From: an uncultured Bacilli bacterium
GTDB lineage: Bacteria > Bacillota_I > Bacilli_A > RF39 > UBA660
Direction: 5' to 3'
DNA: 64,000 bases
Assembly (NCBI GenBank): GCA_947628535.1
Contig: CANRAF010000001.1
Coordinates: forward strand, 268 to 64,267
This document shows, one piece after another, positions 1-9,723 of the stretch. Made by a program: the position numbers and the translations under genes. The stretch's first letter is position 1. Every line of letters begins with the position of its first letter. Under the pieces are notes generated by a model. That model searched no databases and was not told where the DNA came from. It saw only the letters and a program-made list of their open reading frames with translations.

Positions 1-171
<171 letters not shown>

Positions 172-236
172 AAAATTTATTTTTAGTTTGATTTTTAATA
201 TTTAATATTCCTAGCTATCTCAAATTGACGTTTTGC

Positions 237-252
237 TCAGTTTTCAAAGATC
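237..252 (-). promoter_or_regulatory. rrn leader boxA antitermination element
   Basis: GATCTTTGAAAACTGA on the minus strand between the rrn promoters and 16S, matching the Firmicutes boxA pattern. Confidence 0.7.
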
Positions 253-296
253 AAATCTTCTTTTTTTATCCAGTCTTTTTTTCTGACTGCCTTCTC

Positions 297-325
297 ATTG
301 TAACAGAAGATGTTTTTAATGTCAA
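297..325 (-). promoter_or_regulatory. rrn promoter P2 (sigma-A)
   Basis: TTGACA (325-320), 17 nt spacer, TG-extended TACAAT (302-297). Confidence 0.8.
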
Positions 326-400
326 GCATTTTTGTAAATTTTTTTGCGCTTTTTGTAGATTGACAATTGTTTTTGTTTTCTTCATATGAAAACGTTATAT

Positions 401-429
401 ATAATAATATTAATTTTACACATTGTCAA
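401..429 (-). promoter_or_regulatory. rrn promoter P1 (sigma-A)
   Basis: TTGACA (429-424), 17 nt spacer, TATTAT (406-401). Confidence 0.6.
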
Positions 430-543
430 CATTTTTTTGAAATTTACCTTTTTTTGCTAATTTTATTAAAAAAAATAAAAAAATGATATATAAATATCAT
501 TATTTTACATTATATACTATGCAATTATTTAATTTGTATTACA

Positions 544-1089
544 TTATATTTTTATTTTTTCTTTTTTTAGTTTTTTATACTCATTAAAATAGTAATCTAT
601 AGTTTTTTCAGTAAATGGGTACTCTTTATTTCTTACCATTTCAATAAGTTTACTAAGTTCATTTTTTAATATTGTGTCTAAATCATCTGAATAATTCATT
701 TTCTTTTTATGATATTTATATTCACCTCTATCTAAAACTTTAAATGAACCATCAGGAAATACTCTTAAATCTAAATCATAATCTATATATTTGATTGTAC
801 CATCTTCAATTATTGATGGTGATGCTATATTGCAGTAATAAAATATTCCATTTGGTTTTATTTGCCCAATTATATTAAACCAGTTTTTTTTAGAAAAAAA
901 CATAATTGCAGGCTCTTTAGTTCTCCATGTTCTTCCATCTGATTCTATTACTAAAGTTTTATAATTCCCACAAACTATGTATTCATCATCTTCTGTTAAA
1001 TATGTTGCTTCATCCCAGCTACGATGAATTTTGCTATCATGTTTATAACTATGAATATTCAAGTGACTCCCTATTTCATATTTTTTCAT
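544..1089 (-). CDS. DUF402/YgaC-family nucleoside tri/diphosphate phosphatase
   Basis: IHSYKHDxxIHRxW and YIDYDLD motifs; start moved to MKKYEIG. Confidence 0.8.
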   Translation of the reverse strand: MKKYEIGSHLNIHSYKHDSKIHRSWDEATYLTEDDEYIVCGNYKTLVIESDGRTWRTKEPAIMFFSKKNWFNIIGQIKPNGIFYYCNIASPSIIEDGTIKYIDYDLDLRVFPDGSFKVLDRGEYKYHKKKMNYSDDLDTILKNELSKLIEMVRNKEYPFTEKTIDYYFNEYKKLKKEKIKI

Positions 1090-1163
1090 ATTTTCACTCC
1101 CACTTGTATACATTATATATTTTTTTTGTCTAAATTACAATTTTTTTAAAAGAAAAAGTAATC

Positions 1164-2465
1164 TTATTTTGTTAAGATTACTTCTATTGCTTTTTGAAGC
1201 TGAGTATCATCCTCTATATTATTAGTATCATAATATTTTTCATTTTGTTTTACTTTTATAGTTGGAGTTACACCTTTACCTTCAATATTTTTTCCTTTTG
1301 ATGTTTTCCATGTTTCAGTTGTATATTTTATTAATGATTCACTTGACACTGTTTTAGTTTTTTGAACTGTTCCTTTACCATATGTTGGCATTCCTACTAA
1401 TTCAGAATCTAGTTGTTCATTTAAAGCAGCTGCTAAAACTTCTGATGCTGAAGCACTACTTTCATTTATTAAAACTACTATTTTATGATCTTTTTCTTTT
1501 CCCTTTAAAGCATATTTTATATCTTTTTTAGTTTTAGATTCAATTTGTAAAATAGGGGTTTTTCTATCTAATAATTTACTTGCTATATTTATCACTGTTT
1601 CAAGTTGTCCCCCTTCATTACCTCTTAAATCTATTATTAATTTATCAATGTTTTTATTTTCTAATTCTTTTAATGCTTTAGAAAATTGTTCATCTGCTGT
1701 ACCAGAAAAGATAGAAAGACAAATATATCCTATATTTTGATTATCTCTTTTTATTATGTCAGAGGAAACAGATGGAATCTCTACTTTAGCAGTTGTTACT
1801 TTAGTAGTTACTTCTTTGCCATCTCTTTGAACTGTTATTGATATAGTTTTATTTTCTGCACCTTTTATTTTTTTAGCTATTTCATCAGCTTTTAGTTTAC
1901 TAACATCTTCACCATTTATTTTTAAATATCTATCTCCTACTTTAAGTCCTGCTTTTTCGGCTGGAGATGATTTGTAAATATTAAGTATAGTTACTAAATC
2001 ACCCTCTTCTTGATAAACTTCTGCTCCGATGCCATAAAAATATCCATTTAATTCATCTTGGAAATCTTTTAATTCATCGTCACTATAATATGATGAATGG
2101 GCATCTTCAAGTGTTCCTATCATTCCGTTTATCGCAGCTTCTTTTAAAGTCTTTTTGTCTACTTTATTTAAATATTCCTCAAGAAGAGTGTTATATACAT
2201 TTTCTATTTCTGCCATTTCCTTTTTGTTATTTTGATTTAAATAAAGAGGCATATTATTATTTGAAAAAATTATTTCTCCAATTAAAATACCAATGATTAA
2301 TGCCATAATAAATACTAGTATAAGTTCAGATGTATTAAATCTATTTTTACCAAAATTTATTTTTGAGAAAGTTTTTTTCATTGATTTAATTATTTTAGAG
2401 TTTTTTAATTTTGATTTATCTTTTTTATTATCTTTAGTTTTTGTTTTATTCTTTGGTTTATTCAT
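1164..2465 (-). CDS. S41 carboxy-terminal processing protease (TM, PDZ, Ser-Lys dyad)
   Basis: N-terminal TM, GIGA-type PDZ, IIDLRGNxGG, SASASE and GKGTVQ motifs. Confidence 0.9.
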   Translation of the reverse strand: MNKPKNKTKTKDNKKDKSKLKNSKIIKSMKKTFSKINFGKNRFNTSELILVFIMALIIGILIGEIIFSNNNMPLYLNQNNKKEMAEIENVYNTLLEEYLNKVDKKTLKEAAINGMIGTLEDAHSSYYSDDELKDFQDELNGYFYGIGAEVYQEEGDLVTILNIYKSSPAEKAGLKVGDRYLKINGEDVSKLKADEIAKKIKGAENKTISITVQRDGKEVTTKVTTAKVEIPSVSSDIIKRDNQNIGYICLSIFSGTADEQFSKALKELENKNIDKLIIDLRGNEGGQLETVINIASKLLDRKTPILQIESKTKKDIKYALKGKEKDHKIVVLINESSASASEVLAAALNEQLDSELVGMPTYGKGTVQKTKTVSSESLIKYTTETWKTSKGKNIEGKGVTPTIKVKQNEKYYDTNNIEDDTQLQKAIEVILTK

Positions 2466-2563
2466 TTTTTATTTTCACCTCTATATTATATATAATAACA
2501 TATTTATAGAAATTTTTAAGAGAAATATTATTTTTTTAAAGAAAAAGAAACGATTATCGTTTC

Positions 2564-3817
2564 TTACTTTTCATTAATTGTAGATACAACATTAATTGAT
2601 TTAGCGACTTCAAGGAGTTCTCCTTGATCCATTTGGTCTGATACAATATAGTATTCAATACCGTTACTAGTCCAAGTGTAGGATGTGTCTGTTAATGAAC
2701 CAACTGTATCAATTAACATGAATGGTTCTCCATAGGTTGGTATTATTTCCAGTTCTGATGCTGGTTTTACAGTTTCTTGTACTAAGATAAAAGGATTATC
2801 TCCAGAGAATGTCATAATTACTCTTTCACCATCAGATGTTTGAATTACTTCTTTGTCTGATAAGGATGTATTAGTAGGTAAATAAAGTGGGAAGACATTT
2901 TCATCTACTTTTGAAGATTCATAAGTAGCAGTATTAGATGAATTTGTGTTTGTGTTTGTATTTTCATTAGTGTTTGTATTGGTATTAGTATTAACATTTT
3001 CATTATCAGCACTATTTTGGCTGTCTTCAGTAGTTGCTTCATTTTGAGTATTAGAATTTTCACCAGATGAAATACCATCTGTACTATCATCGTTTGCTCC
3101 AGTGCTTTCTGTATTTTCATCATTTTGTGTATTACTATTTTCATCTACATTTTCTTCATTATTATTTGCGTTATTATCTTCAGTTGTTTCAAAATCTTTT
3201 GTTATTGCTTCTAAACTAAATTGATCGTCATTGAAACTTGCTTTTTTATCAAGACTAGTTACATTAAATTCTATATATGTTACTCCTTCTTCATCTTGAA
3301 CTTCTACTTTTTTAAGATTATAATCTTTATCTAAAACTATATTTTGTTTTACATATGTTGGATTATTTGGATAGTTTGTTTTAGTAGTAAATACATAATC
3401 GCCATCTTTTTGAGTAAATTTGTAAGCACTATCATCTTTTAAATCTTTGGCTACAGAGTTTAACAGATAACTTTGAGAATTGTTGTTTGGCCAATCACTT
3501 TGGAATTTAAAACTTTTGTTAAGAGATGGTGTTATAACATATACTTCATCTGAATTTTTTAAAATTATTTGTTCATAATCATTTGCTTTATTTGTTAATG
3601 ATACTTTATATTTATCATCTTTTTGATAACTTACTTCAACATCATATTCATAAGTATCATCATTATTAGTTAGTTTTAAATTTCCTTCCATATAATATGC
3701 TTTTAAACCTTCAACTTCTTTAATGAAATTATCTTTAATTTCTTTGTCTCCTAGAGAACCACATCCTGTTAGACATAGAGTTGCAATTATCGCAACAGTT
3801 ATAAATAATCTTTTCAT
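2564..3817 (-). CDS. YdcC/SsdC-like sporulation lipoprotein (LolA-like fold, Asn/Thr-rich linker, C-terminal domain)
   Basis: Lipobox LTGC; QIILKNxDxVYVITPSLNKSFKFQSDWPNNNSQSYL matches YdcC-type sequences. Confidence 0.75.
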   Translation of the reverse strand: MKRLFITVAIIATLCLTGCGSLGDKEIKDNFIKEVEGLKAYYMEGNLKLTNNDDTYEYDVEVSYQKDDKYKVSLTNKANDYEQIILKNSDEVYVITPSLNKSFKFQSDWPNNNSQSYLLNSVAKDLKDDSAYKFTQKDGDYVFTTKTNYPNNPTYVKQNIVLDKDYNLKKVEVQDEEGVTYIEFNVTSLDKKASFNDDQFSLEAITKDFETTEDNNANNNEENVDENSNTQNDENTESTGANDDSTDGISSGENSNTQNEATTEDSQNSADNENVNTNTNTNTNENTNTNTNSSNTATYESSKVDENVFPLYLPTNTSLSDKEVIQTSDGERVIMTFSGDNPFILVQETVKPASELEIIPTYGEPFMLIDTVGSLTDTSYTWTSNGIEYYIVSDQMDQGELLEVAKSINVVSTINEK

Positions 3818-3885
3818 TTTTCACCTCTTTTTGCTTTCAATTAATTATATTTTTGTTTCTTTTAGATATTCACATTTATTTATGA

Positions 3886-3913
3886 ATATTTTTTTTAAAA
3901 GCATACATAATAT
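3886..3913 (+). promoter_or_regulatory. candidate sigma-E-type promoter of yuzA-like gene
   Basis: ATA-N17-CATAATAT upstream of a strong RBS; short motif in AT-rich DNA. Confidence 0.35.
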
Positions 3914-3932
3914 TTAATAAAGGAGGAAAGGT

Positions 3933-4133
3933 ATGGAAACATTACAAAAAGTTGCCTTAGTATTTACTATTATAGGTGCTATCGTATGGGGTCTAATTGG
4001 CTTATTTGATTTTAATTTAGTTGAATTCATTTTTGGTGATGGTAGCGCACTTGCTAGAATAGTTTATACAATTGTTGGTATATGTGGTTTAATTAACATT
4101 GGACTTTTAGTTCAAAAAATTGAATTTAAATAA
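3933..4133 (+). CDS. DUF378 (YuzA-like) small membrane protein
   Basis: LVFTIIGAIVWGLIGLFDFNLV...ARIVYTIVGI pattern; AAGGAGG RBS. Confidence 0.85.
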   Translation: METLQKVALVFTIIGAIVWGLIGLFDFNLVEFIFGDGSALARIVYTIVGICGLINIGLLVQKIEFK

Positions 4134-4140
4134 AAAAATA

Positions 4141-4170
4141 AAAAAAGCACTTAATGATTAGTGCTTTTTT
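4141..4170. terminator. bidirectional intrinsic terminator
   Basis: AAAAAAGCACT-TAATGATT-AGTGCTTTTTT between convergent genes. Confidence 0.8.
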
Positions 4171-4173
4171 GTT

Positions 4174-4644
4174 TTAATATCCATCAATATCTACTAGTTT
4201 GTAACGTGTTATATCATTTGCTTCACCATCACATACTGCTTTAAACTTCCATGTCCCATTAGCCTCAAGATTGCTATTATTATCATAACAAGATCCTAAG
4301 TTGTTGCCATTTTTATCGTAAACATTAAATTCTATGTCAACATATGAATAATCTTTATCAGTATTATTTTTGACAGTTCCCTCTATATAATAAAAAGTTC
4401 CATATTCGTCTGCATACCCTTTATGTCCTTTTAAAAGTTCTAACTCTGTTTTCTTTGGCTCAGTTGTACCTGTTTGTTCTTGCTTATCCTCTTCTTCTCC
4501 AGGTAATGCAGAAACAATTACTACAATTAGTATTATTACAATGATAACTATTAACCAAGTGGGAAGACCTTGTTTCTTTTTACAATTGGGACACACTTTT
4601 GCTTTGTCATCTATTTCTGTTTGGCAATGTTTACATTTTTTCAT
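4174..4644 (-). CDS. zinc-ribbon, TM, FxLYD-domain membrane protein
   Basis: CKHC...CPNC at the N-terminus, one TM, then IEGTVKN...EFNVYDKNG...WKF (FxLYD-like). Confidence 0.75.
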   Translation of the reverse strand: MKKCKHCQTEIDDKAKVCPNCKKKQGLPTWLIVIIVIILIVVIVSALPGEEEDKQEQTGTTEPKKTELELLKGHKGYADEYGTFYYIEGTVKNNTDKDYSYVDIEFNVYDKNGNNLGSCYDNNSNLEANGTWKFKAVCDGEANDITRYKLVDIDGY

Positions 4645-4665
4645 AATATCACTCCTTTTTGTTTA

Positions 4666-4695
4666 ATTATACCCCCCCCCGTATCGTTTTGTCAA
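4666..4695 (-). promoter_or_regulatory. sigma-A promoter with G9 tract in the spacer
   Basis: TTGACA-aaacgatac-G9-TATAAT, 18 nt spacer. Confidence 0.85.
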
Positions 4696-4731
4696 TAAAA
4701 AAACACTTCTTTTATTTTGAAGTGCTTTCCT

Positions 4732-6126
4732 TTATTTTATTATTATTGTTACAGTTGTTGTTTTTGGTGTATATGTTAATTTTAAATCTTCTCCTGTAAC
4801 TTGAACTTTTACTTTATGCGTTCCTTTATCTAATCCTTGTAAATCTACAAATGCTTGAATATTTTCTGAAGAAGCATCTTTAATATTAGTAGCTGATCCT
4901 TTTACTATTACTGTTGCTACTGAATCAGAACGCGATGCAGCTTGAGCTGTTAAGCCATCTTTTAAGTTTTTAGTTGCTATATTTATATTTTTAACTGTTT
5001 TTTCTTTAACATCTGCTAAAGTAACTTCTGCAACTACAGATTTAGTAGATATTTCTCTTACTCCACTTGGAAGTGATAAGTTAACTGTATATTCTGTTTT
5101 CTTATCAAGACCATCTACATTTATATTTACTGGTATATATGAAATCTTTTCTAAGGCACTTTCATTACCATAAATAGTAGCATTTGTCTTACTTAATTTT
5201 ATTTCATCTATAGCTTTTCCAAAGGCAACTTCACCTTCTGGAACAACTCTAAGTGGTACTTCTTTACTTGGGGATGCTATTTCTATTGAAGCATCAACTG
5301 TTCCAGGAACTATTTCTATGTCCAGTTTATTACCTTTTGAATCATAAGCCACAAGAGGTATTTCTTTAAGTGTTGTTGTTCCAACTGTAGGTTTAGTTAT
5401 TTTTCTAATATCAACTAAAGCCTTAACTGTTGCTATTTGTTCTAGTTTGTATTCTGCACCTTTTACATATACTTCATCCCTACTGAAACTTATATCAGAA
5501 ATAGTATATTTAGAATCTAAACTATCTTCATATAGAATTTCTTTAGTTATTTTCTTAGATTCAGACATTTTTTCATAAACAACAACTGTTGCTACTGATG
5601 GATCTAGTTTATAATCTATTGATGAAACTGATCCACTATATTTTAAATCTACTTTATGGGTTCCAGGTTTTAAATCACGAAGATCAATAACTACTTCGTC
5701 ATTTTGAAATTGTTTAGCTAGATATAAATCCGCTCTTCTACCAATCAAAGTAATATCAACTGTTTCTGGAAGTCCTTCAATAACATATGCTTCTTCATTA
5801 TAAAGAGCTGTTACTTGTTTATTATAAATAATATCTGCAGAATTATTTGTTAATACTTCTGTTATTTTATCAACTCCAAAGAAAGCTATAAGAGCTATTA
5901 ATAGTGATAGACTTATTAATACTAATTTGTTATTTAAAAGTCTATCAAGGGGTTTACTAGTACCTTTAAATGGTTTCATTGCTAGTAACATAAGTTTAGC
6001 AAGTGGAGTTATAATAATTTTATCTATAACTATATATATTTGACTAATTAAATAATAGATGCCACGAGCTAGTTTTTTTAATAATTTAAATTTTTTCTTT
6101 TTCTTTGAGGATTTTTTCTTTGCCAT
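4732..6126 (-). CDS. cdaR: CdaR/YbbR diadenylate cyclase regulator
   Basis: Repeated YbbR-like domains, directly downstream of cdaA. Confidence 0.85.
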   Translation of the reverse strand: MAKKKSSKKKKKFKLLKKLARGIYYLISQIYIVIDKIIITPLAKLMLLAMKPFKGTSKPLDRLLNNKLVLISLSLLIALIAFFGVDKITEVLTNNSADIIYNKQVTALYNEEAYVIEGLPETVDITLIGRRADLYLAKQFQNDEVVIDLRDLKPGTHKVDLKYSGSVSSIDYKLDPSVATVVVYEKMSESKKITKEILYEDSLDSKYTISDISFSRDEVYVKGAEYKLEQIATVKALVDIRKITKPTVGTTTLKEIPLVAYDSKGNKLDIEIVPGTVDASIEIASPSKEVPLRVVPEGEVAFGKAIDEIKLSKTNATIYGNESALEKISYIPVNINVDGLDKKTEYTVNLSLPSGVREISTKSVVAEVTLADVKEKTVKNINIATKNLKDGLTAQAASRSDSVATVIVKGSATNIKDASSENIQAFVDLQGLDKGTHKVKVQVTGEDLKLTYTPKTTTVTIIIK

Positions 6127-6935
6127 TATACATCTTCCTCCTCTTCAAATTCATCTTCGAATTCATCTTGTTTTGGTTTTAATTCATCAATTAGTAAAAT
6201 TCTAGCATCATCTATTGTTAGATTATAGAAAAGTTCTCCTTTAATTGCAATTGATACTCTTCCTGTTTCTTCGGAAACTACTATTGCTAGAGCATCTGTC
6301 TCTTCGGTTATCCCAAGAGCTGCACGATGTCTAGTACCTAACCTTTTATTTATTTTTAAACTGTTGCTTGTAGGAAATACTGCTCCCGCACAACTTATTT
6401 TGTCTCCTTGTATTATTACTCCTCCATCATGTAGTGGATTATTTGGGAAGAATATTGAAACTAGAAGTTCACTTGACATTTCAGCATATAAATTTGTTGC
6501 TTTATTAATATAATCAATTAAACTTACATCTCTTTCAATAACAATTAAAGCTCCTATTTTGGCCTTTCTCATATTATCAACTGCAGTTATAATTTCATAT
6601 ACTAACCTTTCTCTTTCATCAACTGTTAAAATTTTATGCCTTCCTAAAAGTTGTGTTTTTCCTATTTGCTCTAAAATACTTCTTATTTCCGGTTGGAATA
6701 TAATAATCAAAGCAAGTGGTCCCCATTGAATTACATATTCAAGTATAAGTCCAACTGTAACTAATCCTATTGCATCTGCAATTATTTTTATTATCCAAAT
6801 AATTAATATTCCTTTGAATAATAAGGAAAGTTTAACATTACTTTTAACATTCTTTAAAATTTGATAAACTATTACCCATACGATTGTTACATCTATGATT
6901 TTTCTAATTATATCTATAATTAAGTCCCAATTCAT
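6126..6935 (-). CDS. cdaA: diadenylate cyclase CdaA
   Basis: Three TMs, PLHDGGVII and LGTRHRAALG motifs; GGAGG RBS before MNWDL. Confidence 0.95.
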   Translation of the reverse strand: MNWDLIIDIIRKIIDVTIVWVIVYQILKNVKSNVKLSLLFKGILIIWIIKIIADAIGLVTVGLILEYVIQWGPLALIIIFQPEIRSILEQIGKTQLLGRHKILTVDERERLVYEIITAVDNMRKAKIGALIVIERDVSLIDYINKATNLYAEMSSELLVSIFFPNNPLHDGGVIIQGDKISCAGAVFPTSNSLKINKRLGTRHRAALGITEETDALAIVVSEETGRVSIAIKGELFYNLTIDDARILLIDELKPKQDEFEDEFEEEEDV

Positions 6936-7081
6936 AATTACCTCCAAACGCTTTTTAATTATAACATCTATTTTTATAGAAGTAAAATTTTCTTTTTAAT
7001 GTGTACGCTTCTACTTTTACAAGTATACTATAAAAGTAAAAAAATTGTAAGATGTATTCTACAATTTTTTATTTATTTTCG

Positions 7082-8305
7082 TTATTTATAAATTGGAAAT
7101 TTTTTTGTTAATTTTAAAACTTCTTTTTTATTTTTTTCTAATATTTCTTTATTATCAACATTTTTAAGAGTTTCAGTTATAATATCTGCAATTAACTTAA
7201 ATTCTTTTTCTTTTAAACCTCTTGTAGTCATTGCAGGTGTACCTATTCTAATGCCACTTGTAGTAAACATAGATTCTTGTTCGTTTGGAACCGAGTTTTT
7301 ATTACATGTTATATGGATTTGATCAAGAATTTTCTCTGCATCTTTTCCTGTTATTCCAAATGAATTTTTAACATCTATTAACATAAGGTGGTTTTCTGTT
7401 GTTCCTGAAACTACTTTGACACCATTTTCTTTAAAGCGTTCAGCCATTGCTTTAGCATTTTTTATAACTTGTTTTTGATATTCTTTAAATTCTGGCTTTA
7501 ACGCTTCATAAAAGCATTGTGCCTTGGCTGCTATTACATGCATTAAAGGGCCTCCTTGAATTCCAGGGAAAATTGTTTTATCTATTTTTTTGGCAATGTC
7601 TTCATTGTTGGTCAAAATTATTCCTCCACGTGGGCCTCTTAATGTTTTATGAGTAGTTGAAGTTACTACATCGGCATAAGGACATGGGTTTTGATGAAGA
7701 CCTGCTACTACTAAACCTGCAATATGAGCCATATCTACCATTAAATATGCTCCAACTTTGTCGGCTATTTCTTTAAAACGTTTAAAATCTATTTCTAAAG
7801 CATAAGCAGATGCTCCAGCAATTATCATTTTAGGTTTTTCTTTTAAAGCTAATCTTTCAATTTCATCATAATCTAGCCTTTCTGTTCCTTTATCTAAATC
7901 ATATGATATTATTTCATAATCGCGACCACTAAAGTTTATTGGATGTCCATGGGTTAAATGGCCTCCATTTGTCAAAGCAAGTCCCATAACTTTGTCTCCA
8001 TGATTTAAAAGTGCACGATAAACTGCTAAATTAGCACTACTACCTGAATGAGGTTGGACATTTGCATATTTTACTCCAAACAACTGCTTTAAATATTTAA
8101 TAGCCTGATTTTCAAATATATCAATATATTCACAACCACCATAATATCTCTTTTCAGGATAACCTTCAGCGTATTTGTTAGTAAGTATACTTCCTTGAAG
8201 TTTTAGTATATCTTTTGATACATAGTTTTCTGATGCAATTAATTCAATATTATCCTCTTGTCTTCTTGTTTCTTTTTCTAAAGCATCTTCTAAAATCTTA
8301 TCCAT
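7082..8305 (-). CDS. glyA: serine hydroxymethyltransferase
   Basis: [27 protein letters not shown] motifs. Confidence 0.97.
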   Translation of the reverse strand: MDKILEDALEKETRRQEDNIELIASENYVSKDILKLQGSILTNKYAEGYPEKRYYGGCEYIDIFENQAIKYLKQLFGVKYANVQPHSGSSANLAVYRALLNHGDKVMGLALTNGGHLTHGHPINFSGRDYEIISYDLDKGTERLDYDEIERLALKEKPKMIIAGASAYALEIDFKRFKEIADKVGAYLMVDMAHIAGLVVAGLHQNPCPYADVVTSTTHKTLRGPRGGIILTNNEDIAKKIDKTIFPGIQGGPLMHVIAAKAQCFYEALKPEFKEYQKQVIKNAKAMAERFKENGVKVVSGTTENHLMLIDVKNSFGITGKDAEKILDQIHITCNKNSVPNEQESMFTTSGIRIGTPAMTTRGLKEKEFKLIADIITETLKNVDNKEILEKNKKEVLKLTKKFPIYK

Positions 8306-8467
8306 ATTATCACCTATAAACATTATACTCCTTTTAGATAAAGTTAGTAAATAAAAAACTTTGAAATAAAACTTTTTAGTTAATGTTTTAGATAATTAAC
8401 TTATATTAATGATTATTAATATGATGTTTTACCTTTTTTATTTTAGTAAGACTAAAAAAAGAATAAA

Positions 8468-8731
8468 CTATTCATTTATTCTTAATAACATTACATCTAA
8501 TTCTTCATATAAGTTTTCTTTTTTCTTTTTAGTTACTTTATCTTTTTTTATTAATTCATTTTTTAGAAGATATTTATATAATTTTCTATTTAATTCATCA
8601 ATGTTATCAAATATGCTTAAAATATTATCATGTATTATTTCATTTGATGCTTCGAGTAATTTATTAGTACAACTTTTTAACAAATTTTGTTCATAAAGGT
8701 AAAGAGTAGATATTATTTCTTTTTCTTCCAT
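8468..8731 (-). CDS. Coat F-like small spore protein
   Basis: MEEKEII...EASN...LYKYLLKN helical pattern resembles clostridial Coat F-domain proteins; coupled to the upstream gene. Confidence 0.5.
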   Translation of the reverse strand: MEEKEIISTLYLYEQNLLKSCTNKLLEASNEIIHDNILSIFDNIDELNRKLYKYLLKNELIKKDKVTKKKKENLYEELDVMLLRINE

Positions 8732-8937
8732 TAGATTATCCTTTCTTTCTCATCAAGTAATTTCATAATTGTTAATAAGTTTTGTTCATGTGTATCACGC
8801 ATTTGTTTTAATATTAATTTTATTTCTTTATTTTGAGTTTTTTTATCACATTCTTTAGTTTGTTTAATTATTAAATAGTTTTCACTAAATAGTTCCTTTA
8901 AATTGATTAAATCATTTGGTGACATATTGTTATTTTC
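8731..8937 (-). CDS. small helical spore-coat-like protein, partner of the Coat F-like gene
   Basis: GGAGG RBS before MENNNMS; resembles the short ferritin-like partners of Coat F genes. Confidence 0.45.
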   Translation of the reverse strand, partial: ENNNMSPNDLINLKELFSENYLIIKQTKECDKKTQNKEIKLILKQMRDTHEQNLLTIMKLLDEKERII

Positions 8938-8956
8938 CATATTTTGCCTCCATTTA

Positions 8957-8986
8957 TATAATGAAACTATTTTTATTTTTTTATAC
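8957..8986 (-). promoter_or_regulatory. sigma-G-type (forespore) promoter
   Basis: GTATA-N18-CATTATA matches the B. subtilis sigma-G consensus GHATA-N18-CATnnTA. Confidence 0.55.
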
Positions 8987-8995
8987 AAAACTTAC

Positions 8996-9664
8996 TTATT
9001 TTCTTTTTCTTACTGAACCTTTATAAATATATTTTTCTTGCCATTTATTTTCATTTTTGTCTATTAATCTTATTGCACAGTTATCTAAATTTTTCTCCTT
9101 ATCATACCATTCAGGGCTATAATGAAACCAGTCCATTATAAAACATTTAATTGTAGTACCATGACTTACAATAAAAAATGTGTCTTTACCCTCATAGATA
9201 TCTCTATATAATGTATCTATAAATTGTTTCATTCTTAAGGCAACATCGTAGGGACTATCTCCATCAGGAAGTTTAGCATAAAATCTTCCTTGTTCTTTAT
9301 ATAATTTGTCATAATATTCAAAATTCTGCGGATATTTTCTTTTACATTCCTCAAGAGGGGTGTCACTAAAAAGGCCATATCTTTGTTCTATTAAAGTTAT
9401 ATCTTCTTTTTGATCTTCAATATTTAAATAACTATTTATTATGTTTTTTGTCTGTCTAGCTCTTGTATAGGGGCTATTAAAAATAGTTGAATTATCTAAA
9501 TTTATTTGATTTTCTTCTATATATTTTTTCAAAAACATTCCTGCCTTTTCTGCATCATCTTCTCCCTTTTTTGTTAAATATACTTTGTGATCAGGTAATT
9601 TTAATTTATAATTTTCTTTAGTGTTTTGCATAGACTCTCCATGTCTTATTAAAAATATTTTCAT
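8996..9664 (-). CDS. histidine phosphatase (phosphoglycerate mutase family)
   Basis: LIRHGES, SPYTRARQT and VSHG motifs. Confidence 0.9.
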   Translation of the reverse strand: MKIFLIRHGESMQNTKENYKLKLPDHKVYLTKKGEDDAEKAGMFLKKYIEENQINLDNSTIFNSPYTRARQTKNIINSYLNIEDQKEDITLIEQRYGLFSDTPLEECKRKYPQNFEYYDKLYKEQGRFYAKLPDGDSPYDVALRMKQFIDTLYRDIYEGKDTFFIVSHGTTIKCFIMDWFHYSPEWYDKEKNLDNCAIRLIDKNENKWQEKYIYKGSVRKRK

Positions 9665-9723
9665 AATAACCCTCCTCATATTTATTTTATCATAATATTA
9701 TAAAAAGAAAAACCCTTAATGGG

